A DNA stretch of 64,000 nucleotides, taken from assembly GCA_040954595.2 (NCBI GenBank), contig CM082586.2:3330349-3394348 (forward strand), given 5' to 3'. This document shows positions 23,831 to 38,800 of the stretch, in pieces. How positions within the stretch are numbered: position 1 is the first letter of the stretch; each line of letters opens with the position of its first letter. This DNA comes from Balanoglossus misakiensis. Lineage: Eukaryota; Animalia; Hemichordata. Both the position numbers and the translations under genes were made by a program. The notes under the pieces are model-generated. The model ran no database searches and had not been told where the DNA came from. It saw only the letters and a program-made list of their open reading frames with translations.

Positions 23831-26800
23831 ATGGGACATATGGGTTGTGGGTGTGGCCCTATGCTAGGGATTATATTGGTGTTGATGTGTCCGTTAGCAG
23901 TGGAGAGCATCACATGTTACTGGGAAGACTTTTCCTACTGGAGGAACACTCCCAGGAATGTGACTGTATCCTGGTCACTGGATAAGGTGTGCAACAGTTA
24001 CTTTGAGTGCTATGGGGTGGAGTCGTCAGAGATTAATTATCTGCCCCAGTTGTGTCCTGTTGAAATGCAAGAAGGTGATGGTCTCATCATCACACCGGCT
24101 GGAATACCCTTGCCGTACATACATGCTGCTAGGGTTCCGGAAGAGGAATTCATCAATTGTCCAAATAGTTCATACCCGAACGATTTAAAAATTGTGCCTT
24201 ATTCAACTCAAGAATCCATCCTTATCAACTCATCACTTCTACAACCAGGGGTGAATTTCTTTGCTCAACTGTTGAACGGCCCATTTTCGCGTTGCGATTT
24301 TGGCCTCCGGCTGAACGTGACAGTCAAACCAAGGAACTGTGAGCAAGACAATGAACTTCATCCCTGCAGTGGCCAAGGAATCTGCCTCAGTAGGCCTCTA
24401 GATGCCAGTTTTCACTGCGAGTGCAATTTGACATATGTTGGAGATTACTGTGAGGAAATTAATGGTTGCCATAACAATCAGTGTTACTATGGTAGCACCT
24501 GCCTTGATGTCATCCAAGGGCATTCTGGGAATGCATTTGTTTGTGTCTGCACACCTGGTTTTACTGGTGAGTGTAATTTTTATATTTCCTGATAATTAAA
24601 GAAAATGACAAATTCCTCCAAGTACAATGTACCTATTTCCCTGTGAGTACATATATTATATTGTATCTACTTGTAGGAACGCTGTGTACAGATTTAATTG
24701 GAAGCTGCAACGATGCGCTCTGTGTCAACGGAACCTGTATAGAAGTTTCATTAACTACTTATCAATGTCTATGTGACCCTGGATACACAGGTAAACACAA
24801 TAGATATTTTAATAATTTCTTCACATACACATGTCTCAGATCTTATATTTTTGGAGTCACCTGGCTCGGGTAATCTTAATTTCACTCTTCTTGCAGGTTT
24901 TTGACAGGCAGATTATCCAGTTTGATTCGAAGATCTTTTAGTTCACTTTTTATCAAACAATGTGGTCAGTGATTTTGACATACTAGTATCAAATGGCAAA
25001 GACCAGTTTTAAAGCAAACTTTTGGAGTTTCTTTTGCCCTAGATGGGAGTTTTGTAATCACAGTTTTGTAATCAGAAGTTTCATGGACTGATGTTTCCTC
25101 ATTAGGTCCAACGTGTGATGAATGGATCCAAGAATGTACATCATCTACATGTCAGAATGGCGGAACCTGCACCAATCTCTTCCGTAACTTCACCTGCGCG
25201 TGCAGACCCGGATATGCGGGGCGTAACTGTGAAATCAACATTGACGAATGCCAGGCGAATCCTTGCCCGAACTTTGCCACTTGCATAGATTTGGTGAATG
25301 GATTCTTCTGCAAGTGTCCGCCGGGTCTCGCTGGCGAATTCTGCGACAGAGAAAACGGTTACTGCACGATTAATCCATGCTACAACGGAGGGACGTGCGT
25401 TGATCTTGGAGACAGTTACAGATGCGATTGTCCAATGGCGTGGGAGGGCGATGATTGTCGCGTCCCAGCCAGTTTCTGCCAGTTTGATACATGTGAGAAT
25501 GGAGGAACGTGTAACGTGGTCTCAAACGTCATTGTGTGCAATTGCCATCCAGGATACACAGGTTAGTCAGCATTAAAATCCTTCAATTAAAGCTGACTTT
25601 GTTATTTTGTTGAGGGAATGTTAAAATCTCTATGAGAATAGAGTGTGGCTATAACTGTTTTTTTATGCATTTTATAAAATTATGCAATTATTACTGGTTT
25701 GTTTCTACATAGGCACAAGATGTGAGCAGATCATTGACTACTGCACATTCCTACCCTGTCAGAATGGTGGCACTTGTAATAATTTTGCTGAAATCCTGGA
25801 CATCCCTGGCTATAATTGTACATGCCTGCCAGGTTTCATAGGTAAGTGGTTTCCCCCTGATGCGTCCATACTGAAGATATCACTTGGATGGAATTGAAAG
25901 CAGATCTGACTGGTTAAGAACAAGCTGAATTGCCACAACTTGGTCCCACTGGATCAAACATTTCACCACCATGGTTTGGTCCAAATCCATTGTTTTCTAT
26001 GGTAAACTTGTCTAATCATTTGTCTTGTTAGGCTTTGACTGTGACATGGCACTCAACCCATGCAACTCAAATCCATGTCAGAATGGCGGACAGTGTTCTG
26101 ATGGTCAGACTTACTATGAATGTACTTGTCAACCAGGTAAGGACAGTTGTCATTTCAATAATCTGGCACTAGAAATCTACCTATAGGCTCTGAAAAGGTA
26201 TGTTTGTATTTAAGTCTTAAGTTTAAGAAATTTGGTACACATTTATTGAGCTGAGATGTGTGATGCCACTTGCCAGTGATATGGAAAAATGGTTCTTCTG
26301 TTCAATTCGTGTGGTCTTGATTCAGATCAAGAAAACTTATATGCATTGATTTTGGAAAGTCTCTTCCCTAGCAATTTTAATCCGTCATAAATTATGTCTC
26401 CCGGTACAGGATATTCTGGTTTGAATTGTGAAGTCAATATTGACATGTGTGAAGACCAGTCACGGTGTCTGAACAATGCTACCTGTGTGGATGGTGATGT
26501 GGGCCTGGACTATACATGTCTGTGTTTGCCTGGATTTGCTGGAGAAGATTGTGAAATTGATGTGGATGAATGCAGCAGTTTACCATGTAAGAACAATGCC
26601 ACCTGCCGAGACTATGTGGACAATTATGTTTGTATATGTGCGCCTGGATTTGAAGGTCAAGACTGTGACGTTAATATCAATGAGTGTCTGAGTTCGCCAT
26701 GCGAGAATGGCGGCATCTGTGTGGACGGACGAAACCGATTCCAGTGTTTGTGTGCACCTGGGTTTACAGGTGTACTATGTGATTTGAATGTTGACGACTG

Positions 26801-29800
26801 CTTAGACCACAGATGTGCTAATGGAGCAGCTTGTATTGATGGAATTAATGGGTATACTTGTGAATGTTTGCCTGGTTTTACTGGTGCGACATGCGATATC
26901 AACATCAATGAATGTGACAGCTCACCATGCCAGAATGGAGGGACTTGTATCAATGAAATCAATAGATACAATTGTGTATGTCTATCAGGGTTCACAGGCC
27001 GGAACTGTGAAACTGCAATAGACAACTGTGAAAGCCAGCCATGCCAAAATGGAGGTGTATGTGTTAGCACGCCAACTGAGTACACCTGCTTTTGCAGTCC
27101 AGGGTTTACAGGAACAGACTGCTCCACGGACTTTGACGAGTGTTACAGCGATCCCTGCCAAAACAATGCAACTTGCGTAAACGGCGCCAACGCTTTCACT
27201 TGTGTCTGTCAGTACGGATACACTGGTCCGTTCTGTAGCACTAAATTAAGTCCATGCGAAATGCTGGCATGTCAGAATGGTGGCGTTTGCACTGAGGAGG
27301 ACTCAACAGTAAGGTATGTAACCAAAGTCAACAGTCAAATGCAACCCTGTTTCATTTTCTTGATGTACTGCCCTCTAGAGGAAACTGCAGCTGGCGAAAA
27401 TTGTTTATCTTTCGGACCTCCTAGCATAGGCGTCGTGTGAACGGAAAATGGAGAAGCTGAGGAGCCCCAAACATAATATCCGACTGGTAGATTGTGTAAA
27501 CTAGTATGAAAATGTAGTGGTAATGAGCATGGCTAATCGGCGTCACTCCTCAGTAGGAGGGTTTCTCATACTTTCTTGTCTCTGTGTTCTCTGTAGCTGT
27601 CAGTGCCCCGTGGGATTCACGGGCGACTCCTGTGAAACTAACATTGACGACTGTGCGGTGGACCCGTGCCAGTTCGGTGCCACATGCGTGGATCTGGTCA
27701 ATGACTATGCTTGCCTCTGTGCCGTGGGATTCCAAGGGAAGAATTGCAGCCGGAATATCCAGGGGTGTGTGTCTGATCCGTGCCAGAATGGTGCCACTTG
27801 CGTGGATTTGGTCAACGGATACCAGTGTGTCTGTCCCCAAGGCCTTTTCTCAGGTGAGTGTGAACTGTTTGTAACACTAGACTGGTAAAGTATCTTGTGT
27901 ATAATACTAGTACAATGAGGTATGATGACTCACATGTGGGTGTGCCAATTAACTAACACCAGAACTATCAGTATGGAGTTCTTCATGGTCCAAAACAGTG
28001 ACAAGCGTCTCAGTTTTGGCCAGGACATTTCTTATTCTATTATTGGCCATAGCTTTCCCCCTGACATGGGCGCTATTGAATTCAGGCTATTGTCTAGCGT
28101 CACTGTGCATGTATAAAGCTTTGGAATGACTCCAGTGAACTCTCACCACTGAGGTCTGTGTACCTCCTAGCCATTGACAACAATGAGTGTCAACAATTCT
28201 ATTGTTTGCGGGAATAAAAGAAATGGCCCTGTGCACAAAAGGCAAGGATTCCATACCTGGTGGTTAAAGGTAAACTGAAGCCAACTCTGGTTTCAACGGT
28301 CGGTATGGGATTTAAACTTTAAATGAAAGTGGAAAGCTAAGCGTCAGTATGTATTACATTGGTATTGTACATTGCTCCAGTATTTGGTGTGAATTTCCTG
28401 GTTTCATTTGATTTCACATCCATGAGTGCCCAAGTACATCATTGCACATGCTAGTATAATATTGCTGCAGCTGTCATTATATTAAAAAAAGAAAGATTAC
28501 TAGTAGTAATGTTTTTCCACAACACACAATTGGCTACTCAAATCCGATATTGTGCATAGCTTTTTTATTTAATATTTCCAAGGCTTAGTGAATGTATTAG
28601 ATTATTGGGACACACCCATTGTGATATGTGATTAGTCACAGAGTTTTGCTCGATTATAAGAAAACATATTGTTGGAACATACTGGATACAGATTATGGTA
28701 TAAATATGTTGCTTCTGTTTATTGGAGTCAATTCATGATTAAACCATGGACCCTATACCCAATCAACATAACAATTGTTATTTGTAATTTGTCATATGTG
28801 CCTTACAACATGCATGAGGGTAGGAGGGAGCTATTTGTACCACCATGTATTTGAATTGTTTTTCATGGATATGTTGGTTTTGTTGGAGATGCTGGTAGTA
28901 CATGGGCTTGTATGAAGTTTATTCTTTGGAAAAATGTTTCTCACAGGTTTGCTGCTTCATGTGCTTGCCATGTGTGTCTGAGTGAAAATGCAATATAGTT
29001 TAACTTTTTGCAAACATTGTGAGTGTCAAAATCAATAACTGCATACTAGTAATAAAAAACTCAATGGCTTCAAACTGTTGTAAAGGAAAGTGCAGTTAAA
29101 TTATTCAATAAAAAATTATTGCATGTAAATCTCAATATTTGTAGAAAATGTGTCATCTGTGCTTTCGTACATTGTGATAACACATACATGTACATGGTTT
29201 AGTTTATATATTTTTGATAACCTTGAAAAGATTGCATTTTGTGAAAATCATTTTTAAAATAAAAAAAATTACTTCCCAATCCTACAGAAAAAGTATACAA
29301 TGTACATGTATGAGTTTGCTCTAAAAAAAAATTTTTTTGTGTGTCATTCCAGGTACTAACTGTGAAACTCCGACCCACCAGTACTGCTCCTTCCTTCCCT
29401 GCCAGAACAATGGAACATGCCAGATCACAGATGCGGACAACTATATATGCGACTGTACCAGTCATTATATAGGGAGGAACTGTGAAACATATGTCGCGTT
29501 CTGCGATAATAACGATTGCAGAAACGGTGCCACTTGCGTAGAAGGAGAAACGACTTATTTATGTCAGTGTGCTGTCGGATATACAGGACAGTATTGTGAA
29601 ACAGATATTGATTACTGCGAGGGAATTGTCTGTGAGAACGATGCGACATGTGTTGATGGTACGTCATCTTTCACCTGTGTATGCCTGCCAGGGTTTGTCG
29701 GACAGCTGTGCGAGGTGAACATCAATGAGTGTGCATCATCCCCGTGTTTGAATGGCGCCACGTGCGTGGACGGAGTCGCAGGATTTCAGTGCCAGTGTCT

Positions 29801-32800
29801 GCCGGGATTCACAGGCCTGAGTTGCGAGACGGAGCTGGATGAGTGCGAGTCCAATCCGTGTCTGAATGGCGGAGTCTGCATAGATTTGGTGGACAGCTAC
29901 CAGTGTGATTGTGGAAGAGGTGAGCCTTAGATTAATCACTATCTCTGTTTTCAGACACTACTCCAGTGTCAAAATTCTGACCTGTAACTGTCTTGGTTTG
30001 GATCGAGGAAACAAAGCAAGTTTGCAACTTTCTTCATGATTTTCCAGCAGATGTGTACAGAAGAAACTATTGTCCTGTTCTGTTTCAAAGTGAAAATGCC
30101 ATCAACGTTGCTGATGACATTTCAGTAGACAAATTGAGTTTCTTTCCTATCTTCAATTTCAGGGTTTACTGGTGAAGACTGTTCAATAGACATAGATCTT
30201 TGCTCGGAGGGTCTGTGTTTGAATAATGCTACAAACTGTGAAGAGACAGGGGATGGTCACAATTATACTTGTACATGTCTTGACGGTAAGTTTACCAGGG
30301 TTCATACACTCGCACCTGGAATATCCTGGAAGTTTTTGCTGTGATTTTGTGTTGTAATCAACCTGAAGTTGATGTTTCTTAAAGCTTGCCCTCTTCATGC
30401 CATTTTCCATGTTCCTATTTCCTAGGTTTTGCTGGATTCAACTGTGAAATCAACATCAACGAATGTGAGTCGGAGCCTTGCCAGAACGGAGCTATATGCC
30501 GGGATGAAGTCAACAGGTTCCAGTGCTATTGCCCTGATGGTGAGTGATGATGATGCAGGCTGTTGCCATAGAATTATCTCCTCTCTGCTGTCATCACACA
30601 ATAGAAAATTGTGTTTATTGACCAGAGTATGGTATATCACAGAGAGGCCATATCAAGTGTTGTACAGAAGAGTTTCTGATGAAGACTGCTTTATTTTTGT
30701 CACAGGGATTTACATATGTCTTGTTGATGAATATTGTAACAGGCATCTTGGTGTCCTTTCATTTCTTTAGGATTCACTGGCACTCACTGTGAAATCAATT
30801 TCAACGAGTGTGACAGTCAACCCTGCCAGAACGGTGGTACGTGTATCGACCAGGTCGCCAACTTCACTTGTGAATGTGTAGATGGCTATAGTGGCTTCAC
30901 CTGTGACATTGACATTGATGAATGTCAGTCTGACCCATGCCGTAATGCAGCGACCTGCATTGACCTTGTCGGTGACTATGCATGCCAGTGCTTGCCAGGT
31001 AATTATGCCAATGTGTGTGACCTCATAGTGCTTCTTGAACAGCTAGTGAAAGAACTTCTATGGCAACTGACAATTCAGTATGCCTCGGAGTCAATGAACT
31101 TCAAGGTTCCATATCAACACACAATATCAATAGCAGGAGACACTTTCAAGTTTCAACTTCCTCCATCAACAGGTTACCAAGGCAAAGACTGTTCAGATGA
31201 GATAGACGAGTGTGCATCAATCCCCTGTCACCCTAGCAACACTGCACTGTGCATAGATCTCCTCAACAACTATACCTGTCAATGTAAGCCTGGATATGAT
31301 GGGCCAACGTGTGACAATGAAATCAATGAATGCACAGACCATACCTGTCAGAATGGTGCGACATGTGTGGATGAAATCAACAACTTCAGGTATCCATCTA
31401 AATGTATCACTGTTCAATTGTCTAAATTCTTAAAACTCATCACTGCATGCTTACAGAAAAGTTAAAACCCGGAATTCGAATGCACCATTTTGAGATAACA
31501 TGAAAAGGGTTTACTGATTTTATTTACAGATGTGTATGTACGGAAGGCTTTACTGGTGATTACTGTGAAATGGAAACTGACGAGTGTGCCAGCAACCCAT
31601 GTCAGAATGGTGGCACCTGCCAAGATGTCTTCCAGGGGTATGTCTGCATGTGCCCAGAGGATGGGAATTCGTACGACGAAAACTGTGACATCATCACTCC
31701 GTGTGCAAGTCACCAGTGTCAGAATGGCGCCATCTGCGTAGACAACTTGGCGGAGTTTACATACACATGTCACTGTTTGCCAGGTTACGCTGGCATGTAC
31801 TGTCAGGATGACATCGATGAGTGCGTGATTTTCCAGGTCGAATGTCAAAACGGTGGCACTTGTGTTCATTCCGTCAATGATTTTGGCTGTGTTTGTTTAC
31901 CCGGTTACCATGGTGAATACTGCGAATCCGAGATTGATGAGTGTGCGAGTGATCCCTGCATGAATGGCAGTACCTGCGTTGATGGTATTGGTCAGTACAC
32001 CTGTGTCTGTCTGCTGGGCTACACTGGACAGAACTGTGAAGATTTCCTGATGTCCTGCCAACAGACGCCATGCTTGAATGGTGCTAGCTGTCTTGACACA
32101 CCGTCTGACAGTCACGGCAGAGAGTTTCTATGCCAGTGCACTTCAGGGTTTGTCGGAGAATACTGCGAGACAGAGTTGAACGAGTGCCTGTCATTGCCGT
32201 GCGGAAATGGTGGCACTTGCGTGGATCTTGAGAACCAGTACGAATGCATCTGTCCACCTGGTTGGGAAGGTACAAACTGCGATGAAGAAACCGACGAATG
32301 CGCGAGTGATCCATGTTTGAACGGTGGCATCTGCACAGATGCTTTCAACTCTTTCACATGTTCGTGTCAACCAGGATTTGAGGGCGTACTGTGCGAAATC
32401 GACACAGACGAGTGTTCGTCCAATCCATGCCATGAAGACGCTGGCTTGTGTCAGGACCTGACCAATGGCTACCAGTGTTACTGCTTAGATGGCTACACCG
32501 GCGATAACTGCGAAATAAACATCAATGAATGCTTGTATGGATTCTGTCAGAACGGTGCCACATGTATCGATGGCATAGCATCAGTGACATGCATGTGTGC
32601 TTTGGGCTTCACTGGAGAGTTCTGCGATGTGGAAATCAATGAATGCGTTCCAAATCCGTGTCTGAACAGTGCCAGCTGTGTTGATCTAGTTGGTGATTAT
32701 CAATGTACATGTAAAGCTGGTTTCACTGGTGAGTCAGAATTCTGTCAAGAAACTTCGATCTTCAATAATGTAACCATAGTAGACGTGATATATAAAGAGA

Positions 32801-35800
32801 TGTTTGCCCACTGGAAAGAGATATAATATCCCTGCAATTGAGAGTGATTTATACGTACTGATTTATACGTTTCAGAAAAACATTTTCAGCGCATTTTGTG
32901 TTATTACAGGCAAAAACTGTGAAGCTGATATTGATGAGTGTGCATCCAGACCCTGCCTACGTAATGGTACTTGCATTGACGCCGTGGACACATACATATG
33001 CCAGTGTGTTCTGCCGTTCAGAGGTGAAAACTGTGAGCTGTTGCCGTGTCAGGATTTCCCCTGTGAAAACGGCGGCACTTGTAATGATTTTCCGGAGACC
33101 GAGCTGGGATTTCAGTGCCTGTGCTATCCTGGCTTTACCGGTGAGTTGCTATACAGCAGACAAGATTCCAAATCGGTCTGAGAATGAGATTATTCTGGTA
33201 CTGGATACAATGTTATAAACACTGGTTTTAAGATGGATATCTGTATTCAGGACATCATTTTGTTTTATTGCGGTTAGCCAAGACTCAGTCACAGCGATGA
33301 ACATCCTTATTCCAAGTGGACGTCTTCTGCTTTTGCTATACAGTGTGATTTTGATGACCATGCGGCTCTATTTTGTTAATTGCTTGCAGGTGTCAGATGT
33401 GACATCAACATCGATGAGTGCAGGCTAACAATGCAACCAGCCTGTATGGGTAATGGTTTGTGTGTGGATGGTGACAACACTTTCACTTGTCTGTGTCAGC
33501 CGGGATGGGCTGGTGAAGACTGCGGTCGCCCAGTGGATGACTGCATGAATAACCAGTGCCAGGTATGGTGAGATATTGCAAAACCACTCCATAAACTGGA
33601 CATCAAAAGACACTAAGAAAACCGAGGTGTCTGGTCGTAGAGATTCTAAACCAAGAATACTCATTTGAATGGTCATAGGTTGCCATTTTTCAGTGCTGTC
33701 AATGTTAATTATATACTGATTTTCTGTCTCATTTCAGAATGGCGCTACCTGTATTGATTTGCATTTAGCCTATCATTGCATCTGTCCTGATGGGTGGTCT
33801 GGTGACTTCTGTGAAATTGAAAGAGATGAGTGTTTGTCCATGCCATGTCAGAATGGTGCTACCTGTATTGATCTCTTCCAAGACTACAGGTACCGGTACA
33901 TCATCTTCATCTTTTGGGCATCTACAGGCCTCTGCAAACGCTGTTTCTCAGACAAGAAATTCAATTGTTGGGTACTTGCTGATGCCAGCTTCCAATTTAT
34001 ACATTTCCAGGTGTTTGTGTCTACCTGGTTGGAATGGCAAAAACTGCAATGAAGACATCAAGGAATGCCAGTCCAATCCGTGCCGGAATGGAGGTACATG
34101 CATGGAAGGCACCAATGAGTATTCCTGTCAGTGTCCAGCTTTCTACACCGGCAAGGACTGTGAGACTGAGTTTAATGCATGTGATCCAAGCTATGATCCG
34201 TGTTTGAATGGCGCAAGGTGTATTACTCGTACTGATGGAACGTACACCTGTGAATGTTTACCAGGTACGTGAATTCCTGAAAGTCTCAGGTTTGTGTGAT
34301 GTTGGAGACCACTTGTCTACTGTACTGTCTAAGAGATTCTGATACCATGTTGATAAATCTATTTTGATTGACAGGTTTCTCTGGCTATGACTGTGAAATC
34401 AACATCAACGAGTGCTCATCCAGCCCCTGTCAGAACGGCGGACTCTGTCGAGATTTGGTCAACGGCTATGTGTGTGTCTGTGTCATTGGATTTGAAGGTG
34501 TCAATTGTGACACCAACATTGATGACTGCCTGCCTGGAATTTGTCGTAACGGAGCAACATGTGTGGACTTGGTCAACGAGTGAGTACCAGTACATGATCA
34601 ACTGTTGTAATCCCTGGATTTTGTTGATGCCAGGTCCAGAGGTTTTGCTGGATTTGGCATTTGTTATTGCACACCCTCAACGGTCAGCCTGAGCATACAG
34701 CATATTGCTTTGGAACCTTAAAGATGGTTCACAAAGTAAAATTATATATTTGTTTAATTTGGTCTTTGTTTATTTGTTTATTTATTTATTTATTTACAGT
34801 TATGAGTGTCAATGTTCATCTGGATGGAATGGCAAGAACTGCACTGACAACATAGATGAGTGTTCATCACAGCCATGTCAGAATGGAGCCACTTGTCAGG
34901 ATCTGATTGGACAATATCAGTGTGACTGCGCATCTGGATTTATTGGTAAGCATCCAATCACATAAACTTACCACAAGACAGACATATTTATTCAGGTTTC
35001 CTTTGAGAATAACTGCACAAATGTTTCATGTTTGTCCAGGTACTCACTGTGAACTGGAGACAGATGAGTGTTTAAGTCTACCATGTCAAAATGGAGCTGT
35101 ATGCGTGGATTTGATTGGTAACTACAGCTGTGAGTGTCAAGATGGCTGGACTGGCAGAGACTGTGATGGAAACATTGATGACTGTGTACCGTTCCCGTGC
35201 AACAATGGAATGTGAGTATTATGGGATGTAGGGTATCAGACTTAAGGCCTTGGTTTGTCTATGCCTGGAAAATCATTCACCAGACATATACCAATGACCA
35301 AGCTAAAACCAAACATACACAAGTGTAAGTTTATATGGTTATTCAAAACTTACAGTTTATGTGATGTTTTATTTTTCCCATGAAGATGTGAGGATCTACT
35401 GAACGGATTCCAGTGTCTGTGTGACCCAGGCTGGCAAGGTACTGATTGTACCACCGACATCAATGAATGCAATAGTAGTCCATGTCAGAACGATGGTACA
35501 TGTATCAACTTAGAAAATGAGTACTCCTGTGTGTGTACAGCTGGATACACAGGTGAGACTACCATGAAGGTTTTATAACTTATTTCATTTGTAAGCCATG
35601 GTTTGATGACTCCTGTATGATGTGAAAAACAAGTCAACAAATTGCCTGGGTACTTGCTGATCTGCTGTCTGGATACTTGTAAATTGACATCTTCCTGGTT
35701 CATTTTTTTCCTTGCAGGAGTCAATTGTGAGTTTGACATTAATGTATGCATCGACCCAACAAGTGGGTTTACTCCGTGTTTGAATGGTGCTACCTGTATT

Positions 35801-38800
35801 GATGGTCCTGGTCTGGAAATTACCTGCAGGTATGGCCCAACTTCTAATTTATATAAATATCCATATTGTGTTCAATGTTACAGACTTTTCTATAAATATA
35901 TCATTTACTGTAGCATACAACGTACATTGACTGTTTTGTGGTATGATCCAATATGGCCACATGTGTTAAAGTTTTTGAAAATGAAACTCTGGTAATAGTC
36001 AGTTCAGTAATCAATTCCTATTGCTTGGATTTGTCACTTTTTAGCTGTGTTCCTGGTTTCACTGATCCATTCTGTGGTACTAACATCGACGAGTGTGCCA
36101 GCTCTCCATGTCGGAATGATGCCCAGTGTATTGATATGATCAATGGATATGTGTGCAATTGTACAGACGGTGAGCATTCTACCAATTTAAATTTTAACCT
36201 TAGACACCCATTTGCTTGTGAGACGGTCCAACCTGCACCATTGAAAGTAATGCATTTATACCAAATTGGTTGTGGAAGGAGTAACAGGTGAAATTAATAC
36301 CATGTTGTTTTCTTTGCTCTTAGGTTGGTCTGGCGACTTGTGTACAGAAGACGTAGATGAGTGTGAATCAAGCCCATGCATGAATGGTGCCCTCTGCAGG
36401 CAAAGGTCACCTGGAGAGGGTTATGTTTGCTACTGCGTTCCAGGATACGGTGGCGTCAACTGCGAATACGAAATTAACGAGTGCCTGTCCAACCCGTGCC
36501 AGAATGGAGGGACCTGCGACAATGAATTCAACCGATATCAGTGCATATGTGATGCTGGGTACACCGGTGTGAACTGTGCGGATCAAATCGATGAGTGTGC
36601 CAGTCAACCGTGTATGAACGGAGCAACGTGCGTGCAGCCGCAGCTGTCTTCATATTTCTGCGTGTGTCCAGTCGGGTTTGTCGGTGCGAATTGCGAATAC
36701 GATGATCTGTGTACATCTCTGCCTTGCCTCAATGGGGCCACCTGTGTTAGCAATGGCACTTCTTACAACTGTCTCTGCCCAGCGCAGTATTCCGGTCCAA
36801 GATGTGAAATACCACTGGTGCAACCAACTAGCCGTCTTCAGCCAACAGCAACAGTGACTACATCTGAATTTCTTACAATTACTATTCAACCAACACCAAG
36901 TATGTCCACTACATCGCCCATTGCATCTACTGTTCCAACGCCACCGTTGTCATCAGCTACCATGGTTACCAGCATTCATCCAACACCTAGTTCTCCAGAG
37001 TCTGTGTCCATGACTATGACAACAACACAACAGCCATCCATTGTCACAGAAACAAGAGTAGCCACATCAGAGCTGGCAGCAACAACAGTGGTACCTGCAA
37101 CGTCAGCTCAAGTGTCCACCATCACTGAAACAGCAAGTCCAACAACCAGTATTGCAGCAACTCCCAGCCCAGTGATCAGCACGCCTGCAACAAGTCCGGC
37201 CACCAGCATTGCTGCAACCACAGGTTTGATCACTAGTGTGTCTGCCACAACAGGTATAGGTGTAACCTTTTCTGTACCACCATCGTCACTCCCATCAGCC
37301 AGCTCAGCACCGTCCTTGACATTACCCAGCATGCCTCTACCTACAGTGAGAACTACTCTAGAACTACCCAGCATGCAAAGTTCCACTGTCACACCTGGTG
37401 TTGGCTCAAGCATGCCGTCTCTCTCCAGCCCTCTCCAGTCGATTACCTCTGTGGGTGCTCCGGATATTGCAACTTCTCTTCCGGTCTCTACTCTCGTGCA
37501 AACGACTGCAGAGAGCTCTAGTTATAAATTACAGCCAAGTATGGTGACACAGATTTCATCAGCCACTGTATCTCAGACTCTTTCATCTTTGAAATCAGAG
37601 ATAATTTCACCTTCAGTTACATCTGCAGTAGAAAGATTGACGTCAAGTGTACAGCCCACAACTGCCCCAAGTCTACTGTCAAGTTCATCTCAAACGCTTT
37701 CATCTTCGAAATCGGAGATAATTTCACCTTCAGTTACATCTGCAGTAGAAAGAATGACGTCAAGTATTCAGCCCACGACTGTCCCAACACGTCCAGTGTC
37801 AAGTCCAGCGATGTCAGTGCCTGTGACAAAAACTGACACGATCGCCACATCAATGCAACCAACTGCAGCCATTTCATCCATTGTACCGACTGTTCCAGTT
37901 GCTTCATCACATTCTGTTGGGCTAACCACAGTGGACAGAACCTCACACATCCCCATCACAAGTGGTCCTTCATTGAAACCAAGCACAGTGGCGACTTCAA
38001 CTCTCGCAGTGACAGAAATGCCATCAGTGGTAACAAGCAGGACTTCGGTGCCTCCTACAACAATCGTAGAAACAACAACACCATTGTTGACAAGTACAGG
38101 TGCTCCACAGGCATCCACAACCTTTGTGTTGTCTTCTGTGCCACTAACAACAACAGCATACCAGCCAACACCACAGCCAGCATCATCGCAGGATATCGCC
38201 ACCATGACAACAGTAAGTGAAGCATCTCCATCTGTGGTCTCCACACAAGGCTATCAATCATCCATTGCCCCAAGGTCTTCCCTAGTGATTTCAACACCAT
38301 CAGCATCTTCGTTGCAGTCACAGATGTCTGTATCTACAACTGCATCATCAGAAGAGATTTTCCCAACATCATCTGTAAGACAGGTTCAGCCATCTTCAAC
38401 ACAGCTGCCATCATCCAGTCCAGTGCCGTCATCCAGCAAAGTGGACATTTTACTTTCTGCCACACCATCCGCTGTCACAAGGACAGTGACTGCGACAGAA
38501 ATCACACCATCACTGTCGTCAGTACCAGTAACAGCAACATCGCCATTAGGGGCTTCATCAAGAATTCTCACAGAATCACTGCGTCCGTCTGTCAGCACAG
38601 AATCATCATCCACGCTGGTGTCTGCACCATCTGCTGTAACCTCACCTATGTTGTCAACCGAGCTAATATCTGGAACTTCATTGGTACCTCCGCCAACCAT
38701 TACATCTGCAGGTTCACCATCCGTCCTTTCACCCATACTTCCATCGACGTCAATGACCATATCATACAGTTCAGAGTCAAGTTCATTCAGTCAGATGCCA

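Noticed and set aside
24330-36815. Calling the EGF array Notch, Crumbs or fibropellin
   Set aside because: No LNR, ankyrin, TM, CUB or avidin domains; the N-terminal domain and terminal five-LamG arrangement fit EYS.
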